DNA of 55,915 nucleotides from an archaeon (GCA_018648095.1 JABGRV010000006.1:80559-136473); one strand, 5' to 3'; shown: positions 1-9,730, counted from the first letter of the stretch. The notes: generated by a model not told the origin, from the sequence alone. A program made the numbers and translations.

Positions 1-586
1 GAACCTTATGTACACCAAACGAAACGAAGAAACTTTCAGTTAATAGATCACAAAGAACATTAATCCATTCTTTTGGAGCAACACCCTTTGGGGGTCTGTT
101 AATATTCATCTTAAAATGATTACTAATTCTGTCATCCCCAACTGTAAAACACATTAAGTTAGGACTTGCGTTTAACAAAGGCCTAAAAGACTTCTTCCAA
201 TCAAAAATCAAAAAAGGTTTCTTCTTATCAATAAAATTCTGAATAATATGAAACGCCAAAGTAGTCTTACCCGAACCACTCATTCCAGTAACACAAACGT
301 GCCTTGGCCAATCCCTATCTCTAAGTGTAAAAGGAAACAATTTCTTCCCAGAATAACTAACTGTAGCAAGCTTATAGTCTCCATCAATAACTTCTTTTCT
401 AGGTGGCTCAAGCAAAACACCCTTATCAAGTAATTTGTTCAAATTCTTCTGATAAAGTGCTCTCAAAAACTGAGCAATCTCATTTTGCTCTTCTCTAGTT
501 TCAGCTACCGAATAACGAAAGTATAATTCGTCAACCTTTTTACCAAGGATCGGTCTAAGTCTATTACATATATCTTCCATGCCCAT
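1..586 (-). CDS. P-loop ATPase, N-terminal part (HerA/VirB4/DUF87-like); gene continues past the window start
   Basis: Reverse-strand translation from the ATG at 586 gives MGMEDICNRLRPILGKK...HVCVTGMSGSGKTTLAFHIIQNF with a clean Walker A (GMSGSGKTT). There is no stop before the window edge. Confidence 0.5.
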   Translation of the reverse strand, partial: MGMEDICNRLRPILGKKVDELYFRYSVAETREEQNEIAQFLRALYQKNLNKLLDKGVLLEPPRKEVIDGDYKLATVSYSGKKLFPFTLRDRDWPRHVCVTGMSGSGKTTLAFHIIQNFIDKKKPFLIFDWKKSFRPLLNASPNLMCFTVGDDRISNHFKMNINRPPKGVAPKEWINVLCDLLTESFFVSFGVHKV

Positions 587-605
587 AGCTTTTTGAAATA
601 CCATT

Positions 606-845
606 TTAATCAAGATCTCCGTCAGGATTCATCCAATCGAATCCATTTTTTAGTCTAGTATTCATATTACGAGTATCCTTAAATGGTTCAAATATCAATT
701 CCTGCCTAAGGGCCCGTGTATTTGCTGCATCAATCGCTCCCAAAGTTCCCTTACTACATCTATGGCCAATTTGATATTCTACGCCACAAATCCCACAATA
801 AGCTTCTGGGGCAAAAGTCGGTTTACTATTTTTTTGTCCTGCCAT
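606..845 (-). CDS. small Cys-containing hypothetical protein (79 aa, CGICG...HRC)
   Basis: ORF track. A CxxC plus H/C cluster suggests a zinc-binding mini-protein. It is tightly spaced with the neighbouring minus-strand genes. Confidence 0.4.
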   Translation of the reverse strand: MAGQKNSKPTFAPEAYCGICGVEYQIGHRCSKGTLGAIDAANTRALRQELIFEPFKDTRNMNTRLKNGFDWMNPDGDLD

Positions 846-846
846 T

Positions 847-1170
847 TTATCTTCTTACCTCCCTTGCCTTCTTTTTTTCTTCAACTACTTTCGTAGAAAT
901 AAATGAATAAATTCTTGCAACTCGTCTACTAAGAGTCTTACCCGGGTCTCCTCGTGGGAGTCTTGCCTTTGCTTCCGGAGAAAGTCCACCATCAAGTGCC
1001 TTCTCCATAGCTGTCTTTAAACCTTCATATTCTCTTAAGGAAAGATGATCCTCCTGCCTTCTAAGAAGAGATAATTGGGGAATAATCCCGCCCTCTATCT
1101 TTCCAAGAATTACTTCATAATTCATATACTGGCCTTTATCTTCTATAATTTCATGTATCATTTTATTCAA
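847..1170 (-). CDS. hypothetical protein (107 aa)
   Basis: ORF track. It fills the gap between flanking genes on the same strand, and its stop is adjacent to the start of the 606..845 ORF. Confidence 0.4.
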   Translation of the reverse strand: MNKMIHEIIEDKGQYMNYEVILGKIEGGIIPQLSLLRRQEDHLSLREYEGLKTAMEKALDGGLSPEAKARLPRGDPGKTLSRRVARIYSFISTKVVEEKKKAREVRR

Positions 1171-1278
1171 AGACCTCCGGCTGCCTTAACTTCCCGTTCA
1201 CTTTCCTGTCTGTTTTTTCTTGTTCCATTTCGTTTTCTCCGTGTATTAATTAAAAAAAATAAAAAATAAAATTTGATT

Positions 1279-1650
1279 TTATTGTAGTTCGTCTAAGTTG
1301 TCTAAGTCACTCGCACGTCCTGCGGAGTGATCATCCAAACGTCCTATAACTTCGTCAGCGCTCATTCCATAAGTCTCTGCGTTTTCAGCAATAGCTTGAA
1401 CATCGCCTTGGTCTCTCTCTGAAAGCTCATTACCAAAGTACTGTCTAACCATTTCTCCGCCAACACTAACCCTTGTTTGATAGCTCTCTTTCCAACGTTT
1501 TGGACCTTTTCCAATTCCGTGGACCCTAAACTTTCCCATTTCTACAACTACCTGAGATCCGTCTGCAGATTCATAATCTGCGAACTTTTCGTGTTTAGCA
1601 GTTGTTTCATCGGAATGATTTCTAACATCTCCTACTCGTTTTCCTTTCAT
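1279..1650 (-). CDS. hypothetical protein (123 aa)
   Basis: ORF track. The composition is non-repetitive and the ORF sits in a co-directional gene array. Confidence 0.45.
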   Translation of the reverse strand: MKGKRVGDVRNHSDETTAKHEKFADYESADGSQVVVEMGKFRVHGIGKGPKRWKESYQTRVSVGGEMVRQYFGNELSERDQGDVQAIAENAETYGMSADEVIGRLDDHSAGRASDLDNLDELQ

Positions 1651-1651
1651 C

Positions 1652-2125
1652 TTAATTAATACCTCCTTTCATACCATCTTCGTCAGTCAAAATCTTATCA
1701 AGAATCTCTGCTCGGCCTTCCTTATCGCTAAGTTCCTTCTGCCTTTCTCGAAGTTCTCTCTTCAATAGTGCAATATCTCTCCAACAGCCAACTCTCTCGT
1801 TTAATTGTAATTCAGAAATATCCATCTGTTTCTTTCGAAGCTCTGCTCGTTCTCTAGTAAATTCAGAATCATCTTCACCCTTTGGAGCATTCTCCAAAAG
1901 AAAATTATTAATTTGAGTCTTCATACTTTCACCTTCCTTGATGAATTCAAGACTAAGAACTCCTCTTTCAGTGATAAGTTCCTCTACCTCGCTGACTGCT
2001 TCTTTCATCGAGTCTACTTTCATGTTTCCTACACTGTTTACGGAGTTTTCAGACGTATTCCAGGTATTTCCCTGGTTTTCCGCTAAATATACTCGACTCA
2101 GCTCCTGTGGAATATCTGTTACCAT
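1652..2125 (-). CDS. coiled-coil hypothetical protein (157 aa)
   Basis: ORF track. There are E/K/R-rich heptad-like stretches (ELRKKQMDISELQLNER...LKRELRERQKELSDKEGR). Its stop is 2 nt from the start of the downstream gene. Confidence 0.45.
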   Translation of the reverse strand: MVTDIPQELSRVYLAENQGNTWNTSENSVNSVGNMKVDSMKEAVSEVEELITERGVLSLEFIKEGESMKTQINNFLLENAPKGEDDSEFTRERAELRKKQMDISELQLNERVGCWRDIALLKRELRERQKELSDKEGRAEILDKILTDEDGMKGGIN

Positions 2126-2219
2126 GGTATAATGGCACCATTTTGACTTTATAAACCTTTCTGTTTTGTTCTTACTCTTTAGTTACAAAGATACAAACAA
2201 AAGAATTCGAGATTTTACC

Positions 2220-3299
2220 CTAAGAGAAGATAACAATATCCCGAGAAATAAACTGATCTTCTCGAAATTCGGAGATTGGTTTGCCTCTAAGCTTTAGGCT
2301 TGCTCGATCAGCAATTTTAGCAGAATCAACTCTAATCCCTCCAACCACCGGAAAGGTAATAGCAATCCTAGCAGAGGGCTTCTTACACTTCTTCAAACGA
2401 GTCAAAATAGGTACAATAAACGCCTCAAAATTCTGAATAATCTTCTTCGCTTCACCAGAACTTGGCTTTTTCCTCAAAATCTTTCCAAGAGGAGTTTCAG
2501 TAGCAATCGCCCCAAATTGCAGATCTGGAGCTTTTCTTGAATCAATATTCTTTAATTTCCACTTAACGTCCAAATCATAATTTTCTGCTAACCACTTCAA
2601 ATTCACATCTGCATCTCGAATTGCACTTTTATCGTGGTCAATTCCATAAACCTTAATATTCTTCAATAAAGCCTCTTGTAATATTCCTCCAACACCACAA
2701 AAAGGATCCAACATCAATTCCCCACGCTTAGCTCGCGAAAGATTAATCAAAATCTTAGCCAATCTCGGAGAAATAGCAAGATGTTCTCTACGAACAGGTT
2801 TACCCATATCTCTTTCTTTCACCTTAAAAGCATCATAACTCTGATCAATAACTCCAAAATAAATCTTCCCATCAAATTCATGAAGAAAGAAGTAAAAATC
2901 CGCATTTGGTAGTTCTACATTTTCGCCACCCTGAAATTTAATCCTCTTCCGACCATGTTTCAACATAGCTTTTCTTTTTTCGCGCTTAAACTTATCCTTC
3001 AATATCTCCGTATCAACATTTCCAAACAAAGCATAAGAAAACTTATCTGATGGAACAAGATCTTTATCGTCGACAAATTGCTCAAAACCCTCTTCACTTC
3101 CTTCAAAGAGAATCTCTCCAAGTTTCATCACCCCACCAAATTCCTGAACATCAAACTTCTCCCCTTCTCCAGTTTCAAGAACAAGAAAATTCTCCTCAAA
3201 TAATACTTCAGAGTATTCCCTGCCCCTCGCATCTAAAAATGCATTAACTTCAGCCCGAGATAGCTCAGGATTCCTTCCTAAAATAAAAAATGTTTTCAT
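2220..3299 (-). CDS. tRNA (guanine10-N2)-methyltransferase, Trm11/Trm-G10-like (THUMP + UPF0020 methylase)
   Basis: SAM-methyltransferase motif I is present (LDPFCGVGGILQEA) and a motif IV-like segment sits downstream. The N-terminus MKTFFILGRNPELSRAEVNAFLD resembles the archaeal Trm-G10 start. The start is moved to the internal Met, so the track ORF 2220..3341 is trimmed. Confidence 0.65.
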   Translation of the reverse strand: MKTFFILGRNPELSRAEVNAFLDARGREYSEVLFEENFLVLETGEGEKFDVQEFGGVMKLGEILFEGSEEGFEQFVDDKDLVPSDKFSYALFGNVDTEILKDKFKREKRKAMLKHGRKRIKFQGGENVELPNADFYFFLHEFDGKIYFGVIDQSYDAFKVKERDMGKPVRREHLAISPRLAKILINLSRAKRGELMLDPFCGVGGILQEALLKNIKVYGIDHDKSAIRDADVNLKWLAENYDLDVKWKLKNIDSRKAPDLQFGAIATETPLGKILRKKPSSGEAKKIIQNFEAFIVPILTRLKKCKKPSARIAITFPVVGGIRVDSAKIADRASLKLRGKPISEFREDQFISRDIVIFS

Positions 3300-3345
3300 A
3301 AAAATATAATGATATTCAAACTTATAAATCATGCCCTCCAAAAAT

Positions 3346-3879
3346 CTAATTCTTCACAGTAACAGTTCCAACCTTACATGGCATTCTAGCCTTAGCAGAC
3401 CGAATCAATTTTCTAGCTTCAATTTCATGCTTTTGAGTCTTAACACCAATACAAAAAATAGCTTGTCCAGGTTTAACAAAAGCAGCTCGACCAATAGTCT
3501 TACCAAAAGCTCGGCTCATACCAGTCTGCATACGATCAGCCCCAGCCCCAGTAAGCATTTTATTTTCTCTTAAAACATGATGCGGATAAACCTTCACTTC
3601 TAAATAAAATTCCTTTCCAACTCTAAGTTGAAGGAAACGATTGAAATACTGTCGAACAGCCTCGATAGAATTGTCTCTAATTTGAATTTGTTCTTTGGAA
3701 ATAACATTTAAAACAATTGGAAATTCTCCCTTATTGAATCCTGAAATATCTCCCATCTTAAACTTTACAATTCTAGAATTCGGAACTGTCTTGATATACG
3801 ACTTAGTTCTTTTCTTAGATTTTCTAGTAAAAGGTCGAGCAAATCTCTTCGAATATGCAGATGCTTTTCTAAGTGCCAT
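3346..3879 (-). CDS. rpl10e: 50S ribosomal protein L10e (uL16)
   Basis: MALRKASAYSKRFARPFTRKSKK...VKVYPHHVLRENKM...GAGADRMQTGMS is the hallmark L10e sequence. Length is 177 aa. Confidence 0.9.
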   Translation of the reverse strand: MALRKASAYSKRFARPFTRKSKKRTKSYIKTVPNSRIVKFKMGDISGFNKGEFPIVLNVISKEQIQIRDNSIEAVRQYFNRFLQLRVGKEFYLEVKVYPHHVLRENKMLTGAGADRMQTGMSRAFGKTIGRAAFVKPGQAIFCIGVKTQKHEIEARKLIRSAKARMPCKVGTVTVKN

Positions 3880-4157
3880 TACTTACTACCTCCAATTTCA
3901 ACATCAGTTCCAATAGCCTGTCCTGGCAAACCCTTCTCAAAGATAGCCCTAACAACACCATTTCCACCATGTGCTGAAGACACCTTACCGACGATAATTG
4001 TAGGTTCTTTTCCCGGAGATTTCCATTCTACTGTTTTACCAACAAACTTGCTAGCAGCTTCACGATCATCAACACCCGGAATCTCGATTAAGAAATGTCT
4101 AGGTTTGAAGGTCTTTCTTCCCCTTCGGAACTGGATTACTTTTGCTGTTACCATCAT
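3879..4157 (-). CDS. rpl35ae: 50S ribosomal protein L35Ae (eL33)
   Basis: 92 aa. FKPRHFLIEIPGVDDREAASKFVGKTV...SAHGGNGVVRAIFEKGLPGQAIGTDVEI matches the L35Ae family. Its stop overlaps the L10e start. Confidence 0.85.
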   Translation of the reverse strand: MMVTAKVIQFRRGRKTFKPRHFLIEIPGVDDREAASKFVGKTVEWKSPGKEPTIIVGKVSSAHGGNGVVRAIFEKGLPGQAIGTDVEIGGSK

Positions 4158-4266
4158 ATATACATCTTAAAAATATACTCACTTCAGGGCATTTCTCCAT
4201 AAAGGTATCTATTAAGAGTAATTATATTGTGGAAATTGGGTATTTAAAGGTTACGTGTTAGTAACT

Positions 4267-6180
4267 TCAATAAACTAATTCAAACTCGCCAAAAATCTTC
4301 CTTAAATTCTCAAGGGCCTTGAAATCAATCTTTGTTTCTTTGTCCTTGTGGGCCATTATCTGGTTCTTCAATTCATCCGGATCCGATCGAACTAACTTTG
4401 CTCCGGAAAGCTTCTCAATCTTAGCTCCCTGAATAACAAATAGATCTTTCAAGAAGAAAGCCTCAGCAGTCATATCTCGACCTTTAATCAAGAATCTAGT
4501 TCTATCCATTGCCATAAAGTCGCATCTCTGAGTATATTCAACCAAAGCATTCACAACTTCTGTAGAAAGTTTTCTAGCCTTATCAACTTCACGTCTCAAC
4601 TTAGCATCCTCTAATCTTCCATCCTTAGCCTTCTTCGTCTTCTTGCCTTTCTTACCCTCTTTTTCAGGTTTAGCAGCAGCCGCTTTCTTCTTAGCTTTCT
4701 CAAAATCTTTCTTAACCTTAGCAACAAACTTCAAACTATCTAAGAATCTTGGAGGGAATTTCCCTTCTTTGATCAAACTCTCGTCGAATTCCTTGATAAT
4801 CGCACTCTCAGTCTTTTTCTTCAACAATGAACCAAGCATTCCGAAAATATCTGTATAAATCTGTTCAATAGATTTTTCCTGAACTCTCTTCTCAATCTGA
4901 GATCTTAATTCCTTTAGTCTTCCATAAAAGTCTATTGCATCCTTAGTCAAACGATCAACATCCTTACCACTAACATCTCCAGGCTTAACTTTTCCATGTT
5001 CATAACCCTTGAAATAGGTTAGAACAATTTCTTCAAGAATATCTCCATATCTCTTCTCAATCATCTTTTCTTTCTCGACAAATGTCTCTCTGAAAGCCTT
5101 AACAGTTCCCTTGTGGTTTCCAGGTGTTTGACCATACAACATTAGCAGACCTTGTGTCGGAGTGATAATTCCCCAGAATATTTCATGAATTACAATATCA
5201 AATAGCCTTCGCTCAATTGTATCCTTCATCTTATCGCCAGAACTCATAAACATATCAATTGCTTCAGGAGATGGCTTAATTCGGCCCATCCTTAGCAAAG
5301 ACTTCCAAGGTAAGAACGCACCACGATCATATAGTGGAACACCGTCCCGGATAAACGTAAACATTACAGGGTGAGCATCCTTTACAGATTCCCAAAAATC
5401 AGTTAGCAAATAAATCTGTGGAGATAACTTATTCTTAACCCCTGCAATTGCTTCTGCTTCTTGTATATAAGAATAAATAATTCCCCTTAACTTTTCCTTA
5501 AGCTCCAATCGGGGCATTCTCTTAACATCCGTATCATCAATAACAACAAAAACATCGACGTCACTAGTCTTAATAGTTTCACCACGAACAACAGATCCAC
5601 CAACAACATAACTAGTTACATACTTCTCGAATTTCTTCAAAACAAGAGTCTTATGGATCTGCGAAACTCGAAGAGCACCAAGTAATCCCTTATCCATTAC
5701 CGGAAAAGACATTGCCAAAGCTTCCATAACATCAAACTTAGAATCAAGACCAAGATTCCAAATGTCAACTGGAGTCACAACATGAACCCAAAGCTTCGCA
5801 TTGATTTTCTTAGCTAAATTAATTGCTTCAAGTCTTACTTTTCCAATTTCCTTAAAGTTTTTCTCAGGGATAACTGTTAAAATATGAATCAGTCCTCTTT
5901 TACAATCTTCTTCTGGAACTTCAAACTCTTCTTCAATCTTTTTAGCTGCCTGAGCCGGAATAATTCCAATAGCCTCGACATATTTGAATTTCTTAGCAAT
6001 TTCATCCTTGAATTCATCAATCTCTTTTCGAGTCTTATCCATCTTCTTCTTAACTTCTTCATCAAGTTGATTAGATACGGGTAAATTACCAAGTTTTGCT
6101 TTAGGAACATAATCTACCGCCAAGTTTTGCTCAACAGATTTTTCTTCCTTAGAATTCTTATGTTCAATACTATCGCCCAT
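4267..6180 (-). CDS. nucleotidyltransferase-domain protein with a Lys-rich linker (637 aa)
   Basis: Pol-beta-type NTase motif: VVGGSVVRGETIKTSDVDVFVVIDD (GS...D.D). It also has a long K/E-rich low-complexity segment. Confidence 0.5.
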   Translation of the reverse strand: MGDSIEHKNSKEEKSVEQNLAVDYVPKAKLGNLPVSNQLDEEVKKKMDKTRKEIDEFKDEIAKKFKYVEAIGIIPAQAAKKIEEEFEVPEEDCKRGLIHILTVIPEKNFKEIGKVRLEAINLAKKINAKLWVHVVTPVDIWNLGLDSKFDVMEALAMSFPVMDKGLLGALRVSQIHKTLVLKKFEKYVTSYVVGGSVVRGETIKTSDVDVFVVIDDTDVKRMPRLELKEKLRGIIYSYIQEAEAIAGVKNKLSPQIYLLTDFWESVKDAHPVMFTFIRDGVPLYDRGAFLPWKSLLRMGRIKPSPEAIDMFMSSGDKMKDTIERRLFDIVIHEIFWGIITPTQGLLMLYGQTPGNHKGTVKAFRETFVEKEKMIEKRYGDILEEIVLTYFKGYEHGKVKPGDVSGKDVDRLTKDAIDFYGRLKELRSQIEKRVQEKSIEQIYTDIFGMLGSLLKKKTESAIIKEFDESLIKEGKFPPRFLDSLKFVAKVKKDFEKAKKKAAAAKPEKEGKKGKKTKKAKDGRLEDAKLRREVDKARKLSTEVVNALVEYTQRCDFMAMDRTRFLIKGRDMTAEAFFLKDLFVIQGAKIEKLSGAKLVRSDPDELKNQIMAHKDKETKIDFKALENLRKIFGEFELVY

Positions 6181-6231
6181 ATCTTAACTTCATAACTTGT
6201 CTATTTAAATGTTATTACTAATTATTGATAG

Positions 6232-6465
6232 TTATTTGTAAAGCTCAAAATATTCCGTTAGCAAGTTACATGCAATCCATCTGTAACCTGTCTGGATGGG
6301 CATTGTTTTCAGATCATGTTCAATAACTTCCAGATTGTCATCTATTAATTTCCCAAAAAGTAATCTGTCCGCAACTCCTGGCTTAAACTCTAAGCTCCTA
6401 TCACGATAGTAATCCGACGCAATATCTGTCATTCTCTTAAGCAAGCTTCTTTTCAAATTTGCCAT
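6232..6465 (-). CDS. hypothetical small protein (77 aa), possibly a HEPN-like partner of the adjacent NTase
   Basis: ORF track. It lies immediately upstream (in the transcription direction) of the NTase-domain gene. No recognisable motif was found. Confidence 0.35.
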   Translation of the reverse strand: MANLKRSLLKRMTDIASDYYRDRSLEFKPGVADRLLFGKLIDDNLEVIEHDLKTMPIQTGYRWIACNLLTEYFELYK

Positions 6466-6497
6466 TATAATTCACTATCAGAACTCTTTTCGAACTA

Positions 6498-6568
6498 TGG
6501 CCCCACCAAGAATCGAACTTGGGCCTGCTCGGTGTAAACGAGACGGTCTACCATTAGCCTATGGGGCC
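6498..6568 (-). tRNA. tRNA-Val (anticodon UAC)
   Basis: The reverse complement folds as a cloverleaf. The acceptor stem GGCCCCA/TGGGGCC is perfect. The T-arm is CCAAG-TTCGATT-CTTGG. The anticodon arm is TCTCG-TTTACAC-CGAGC, with UAC at positions 34-36. The variable loop is 4 nt, the discriminator is A, and no CCA is encoded. Confidence 0.8.
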
Positions 6569-6656
6569 TCCATATGCTTAAGAGATAAAGAAAGATATCG
6601 CTTTTAAAACTTACTACTATAGAAATTTTTATAAAGGAGAAGTTCCATTAATCCAT

Positions 6657-7520
6657 ATGAAAAAGGTGATGAGTATTATATTTTTGGCTTTATTTCTAAT
6701 ATCTTTTAGCAGTGCCTACAAAGCAAACATCACAGTTATGGACGAGATAGATTCTTTTAGTGGAGCAATTATGAAAATTAAGTCGACAGGAACTTCAGAA
6801 TTTAGTAGCGATAAATATTATGCCTCAGAGTACTTTACTGATGTTGGAATTGTTAAGTTTGAAATTGAAACATCTCTCTCAGAAGTAGACATTTACCTAA
6901 GATTTAGTAAAGATGGAAGTATTAGATCGGAAGTAGAACAAGGACCATTCTCCATAAACGGTTCAGATATTTTAATCAATCTTCGAGAGAAGAAAGAAAA
7001 AGAAGCCTTCGTAGAAAACACTACAAATGAAACAGAAGCAAACACCACCGTCGAGAATGTAACTGAAACGCCAGAAGAACCTGAAGAACCAATTGAAAAC
7101 GGACCAAACTTTTTTGTTACAACAGGTAAAGCAATCGTATTCAAAGAAGATGGTTCAATAAACTTAACTTCATCGATCTCCGGAGGAGTAATAATCATGG
7201 TTCTTCTCTTGTTCACGGCCCTTATGATGCGAGGATCCAAATCCCACCGGGAAGATCTTCGTGATGAAAAGGAATTAAGAAAAGCAGAAGCTGAGATCAA
7301 AAAGAAAGAAGGCGAAATCCAAAGAATAAAAGACGGAAAGAATAGGAATGTAAAATTAGAAGAAGCAAGGGAAAAACTTGCAAAAGAAGAAAAAGAACTT
7401 GAAGACTTAAAGAATTCCGAGAAAGAAGAAAACAAGGAAGAAGAGAAAAAAGAGGAAGAGGTAAAAGAAGAAATTAAGGAAGCAAAAGAAGAAGTAGAAG
7501 AAGCTAAGAAAGAAGAATAA
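6657..7520 (+). CDS. secreted/membrane-anchored protein with a C-terminal TM helix and a K/E-rich cytoplasmic tail
   Basis: N-terminal signal peptide MKKVMSIIFLALFLISFSSAYKA. A TM segment GGVIIMVLLLFTALMM follows. After it comes a ~90-aa KEEE repeat tail. Confidence 0.5.
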   Translation: MKKVMSIIFLALFLISFSSAYKANITVMDEIDSFSGAIMKIKSTGTSEFSSDKYYASEYFTDVGIVKFEIETSLSEVDIYLRFSKDGSIRSEVEQGPFSINGSDILINLREKKEKEAFVENTTNETEANTTVENVTETPEEPEEPIENGPNFFVTTGKAIVFKEDGSINLTSSISGGVIIMVLLLFTALMMRGSKSHREDLRDEKELRKAEAEIKKKEGEIQRIKDGKNRNVKLEEAREKLAKEEKELEDLKNSEKEENKEEEKKEEEVKEEIKEAKEEVEEAKKEE

Positions 7521-7521
7521 A

Positions 7522-7650
7522 TCTAATCCTCAACACACATACTATCAATATTTTCTGTAGATTTATTAACAAAACCACACCTAGCACATCTAGAATTCCC
7601 TTCAATATTCTCATATCGAGTACTATTACATGCAGGACATTTCTTTGGCA
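7522..7650 (-). CDS. unannotated 42-aa zinc-ribbon protein (CPxCN...CxRCG)
   Basis: Translated manually: MPKKCPACNSTRYENIEGNSRCARCGFVNKSTENIDSMCVED. It has two CxxC pairs and is below the 60-aa cutoff of the ORF track. It sits in an otherwise empty 220-bp gap. Confidence 0.4.
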
Positions 7651-7741
7651 TATCAAAGAAAAAAGATCAATCAATATAAATCTTCCCCTAAGCTAAATAG
7701 TAATCATTCTATAGTAACTACAGAATAGATAGATTTAAAAG

Positions 7742-8167
7742 ATGAAATTCTTAGAATATATAATGGCAGAAAGAATAACCGATACTACTGATATGAGCTT
7801 TTATGGCGGTGACGCCCCTAAAAAGCCTAGAGGAAACATCGACGCATTTTTTATAACTCCCGAAAGTAAGAAAGAACACCCAATTTATGGAGTTTATATT
7901 GGAAAGCTTTTAGATTATGAGTTTAATGGCGCAAGAACATATGGAAGGGTAGGAGATGTTCTCCAAGGATTTATTGAATTCGATCAGGTAGCAATATTTA
8001 ATCCAAGAACAAATAAGATGGAAGTAAGCGATAAATTCCCCGTAAGAGTTCCCATGTTAGGCATCCCAAGACCCATTAATCAAGATACTCTGGAGGCTTT
8101 CGCAGACGCGTATAATCATGGAAAGGCAGAGGCAGAATCAAAAGACCAAGCAAACCAGCAGCCTTAA
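7742..8167 (+). CDS. hypothetical protein (141 aa)
   Basis: ORF track. Composition is non-repetitive and the ORF has its own upstream AT-rich region. Confidence 0.45.
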   Translation: MKFLEYIMAERITDTTDMSFYGGDAPKKPRGNIDAFFITPESKKEHPIYGVYIGKLLDYEFNGARTYGRVGDVLQGFIEFDQVAIFNPRTNKMEVSDKFPVRVPMLGIPRPINQDTLEAFADAYNHGKAEAESKDQANQQP

Positions 8168-8302
8168 AAACCCTCAAAAACCCTCATAGTTATAATAAAC
8201 ATTTAATTTGAAGCGGAAAACACCGCTTGTTAAAGTCCTTGGACGAAAGTCGTGGGGACTTACGTTCAAGAAAACAATTCTTGACAAATTATTCGAAAAA
8301 CA

Positions 8303-9730
8303 ATGGAAAAGTTCGAAAAATTGGGACTTTGTGAACATGTGTTGAAAACAATTTCAGCAAAAAAGTTTACAGAACCCAGCGAAATACAAGAGAAAACAAT
8401 TCCTCTAATAATGGAAGGAAAAGACGTTATTGCTGGCTCCGCAACCGGATCGGGTAAGACTCTAGCCTTCGGTTCAGGACTAATTAAGTCAACAGAAAAG
8501 GGCGGAGGAATCAAAGGACTTATTCTTACCCCTACAAGAGAGCTTGCAGAGCAAGTGGCAGGAGCAATTAAGGACTTCGCATACCATAAAGATCTAGAAG
8601 TTACACCTGTTTACGGAGGAGTTTCAATTGAAAATCAAATCAAAAGACTTGCATACTCAGATATTGTTGTTGCAACACCTGGAAGATTACTTGATCACTT
8701 ACAAAGAAATTCAATCGATTTATCCAAGGTAAAAACCTTAATTCTTGACGAAGCAGACAGAATGTGGGACATGGGATTCAAAGATGATGTAGCAAAAATT
8801 GTAAGAGAATGCCCAAAAGAGAGACAAACACTATTATTTTCAGCAACAATCACACAAGACCTTGCAAGTTTCGCAGACAAATACATGAATTCACCAACAG
8901 AAATCTCAGTTAAGTCCTATGTAGACACTTCAAAACTAAAGCAAGTTTTCTACGACGTACAAGATAATTTAAAATTCTCACTCTTAGTTCACTTACTAAA
9001 GAATGAAAAGTCATGCTTAGTTATGATCTTCTGTAATACGAGAAGAAACGCAGACTTTGTTACAAAAAATCTTCGGGCACAAAAAATCGATGCACAAGTA
9101 ATTCATGGTGGACTTACACAAGCAAGAAGAAATCAAGTTCTTAAGAAATTCGATTCCTCAAACGTAAGCGTTTTAGTCTGTACAGATGTTGCAGCAAGAG
9201 GTTTAGACATCAGCGGAGTTTCACATGTATACAATTATGATGTAGCAAGCGATGCAAAAGATCACGTTCATAGAATAGGTAGAACTGCACGAGCAGGAGC
9301 AGAAGGTAGCGCAATTAGCATTTTAGGAAGCAGAGATTATGATAACTTCGCAAATCTTCAGAGACGTCATCCAGAAATGAAGATCGAAAGAGCAGAAAAC
9401 CCAAGAATTGAAAGAGTATCATTAATAATTGAACCCCGAAGAGAAGGTGGACGATTCAGCCGAGGAGGCAATAGCCGAGGCGGTGGAAGGTCCAGTGGAG
9501 GATTCGGAAGATCTGGCGGAAGAAGCTTTGGTGGCAGGGGAAGAAGTGATGGTCCACGAAGAAGCTCAAGTGGCGGAAGCTCAGGTCCAAGACGAAGCGA
9601 AGGCGGTAGAAGCTTTGGCGGCCCTAGAAGATCCGACGGCCCACGAAGAAGTTCTTCATCTAATGGCGGCAGATCCGGATTCCATGGAAGCGGTAGAAAT
9701 ACAAGACGAAGTCAATCCAAGAGAGATTAA
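8303..9730 (+). CDS. DEAD-box ATP-dependent RNA helicase with a C-terminal RGG/RS-rich tail
   Basis: Q-motif region. Motif I AGSATGSGKT, motif II LILDEADRM, motif III SAT, motif VI HRIGRTARAG. The ~100-aa C-terminus is made of GGRS/RRSS repeats. Confidence 0.9.
   Translation: MEKFEKLGLCEHVLKTISAKKFTEPSEIQEKTIPLIMEGKDVIAGSATGSGKTLAFGSGLIKSTEKGGGIKGLILTPTRELAEQVAGAIKDFAYHKDLEVTPVYGGVSIENQIKRLAYSDIVVATPGRLLDHLQRNSIDLSKVKTLILDEADRMWDMGFKDDVAKIVRECPKERQTLLFSATITQDLASFADKYMNSPTEISVKSYVDTSKLKQVFYDVQDNLKFSLLVHLLKNEKSCLVMIFCNTRRNADFVTKNLRAQKIDAQVIHGGLTQARRNQVLKKFDSSNVSVLVCTDVAARGLDISGVSHVYNYDVASDAKDHVHRIGRTARAGAEGSAISILGSRDYDNFANLQRRHPEMKIERAENPRIERVSLIIEPRREGGRFSRGGNSRGGGRSSGGFGRSGGRSFGGRGRSDGPRRSSSGGSSGPRRSEGGRSFGGPRRSDGPRRSSSSNGGRSGFHGSGRNTRRSQSKRD

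Noticed and set aside
248-433. 61-aa plus-strand ORF
   Set aside because: It is embedded antisense in the Walker-A-containing minus-strand ATPase gene, which has the real motif.
3331-3573. 80-aa plus-strand ORF and similar short antisense ORFs (for example 3695-3916, 5884-6084, 12690-13004, 17776-18144)
   Set aside because: All are antisense to, or out of frame within, strongly supported genes (L10e, NTase, oxidoreductase, GTPase). They have low-complexity composition typical of AT-rich shadow ORFs.
6893-7435. 180-aa minus-strand ORF full of S/F repeats
   Set aside because: It is antisense to the KEEE-repeat tail of the 6657-7520 surface protein and is a low-complexity artefact.
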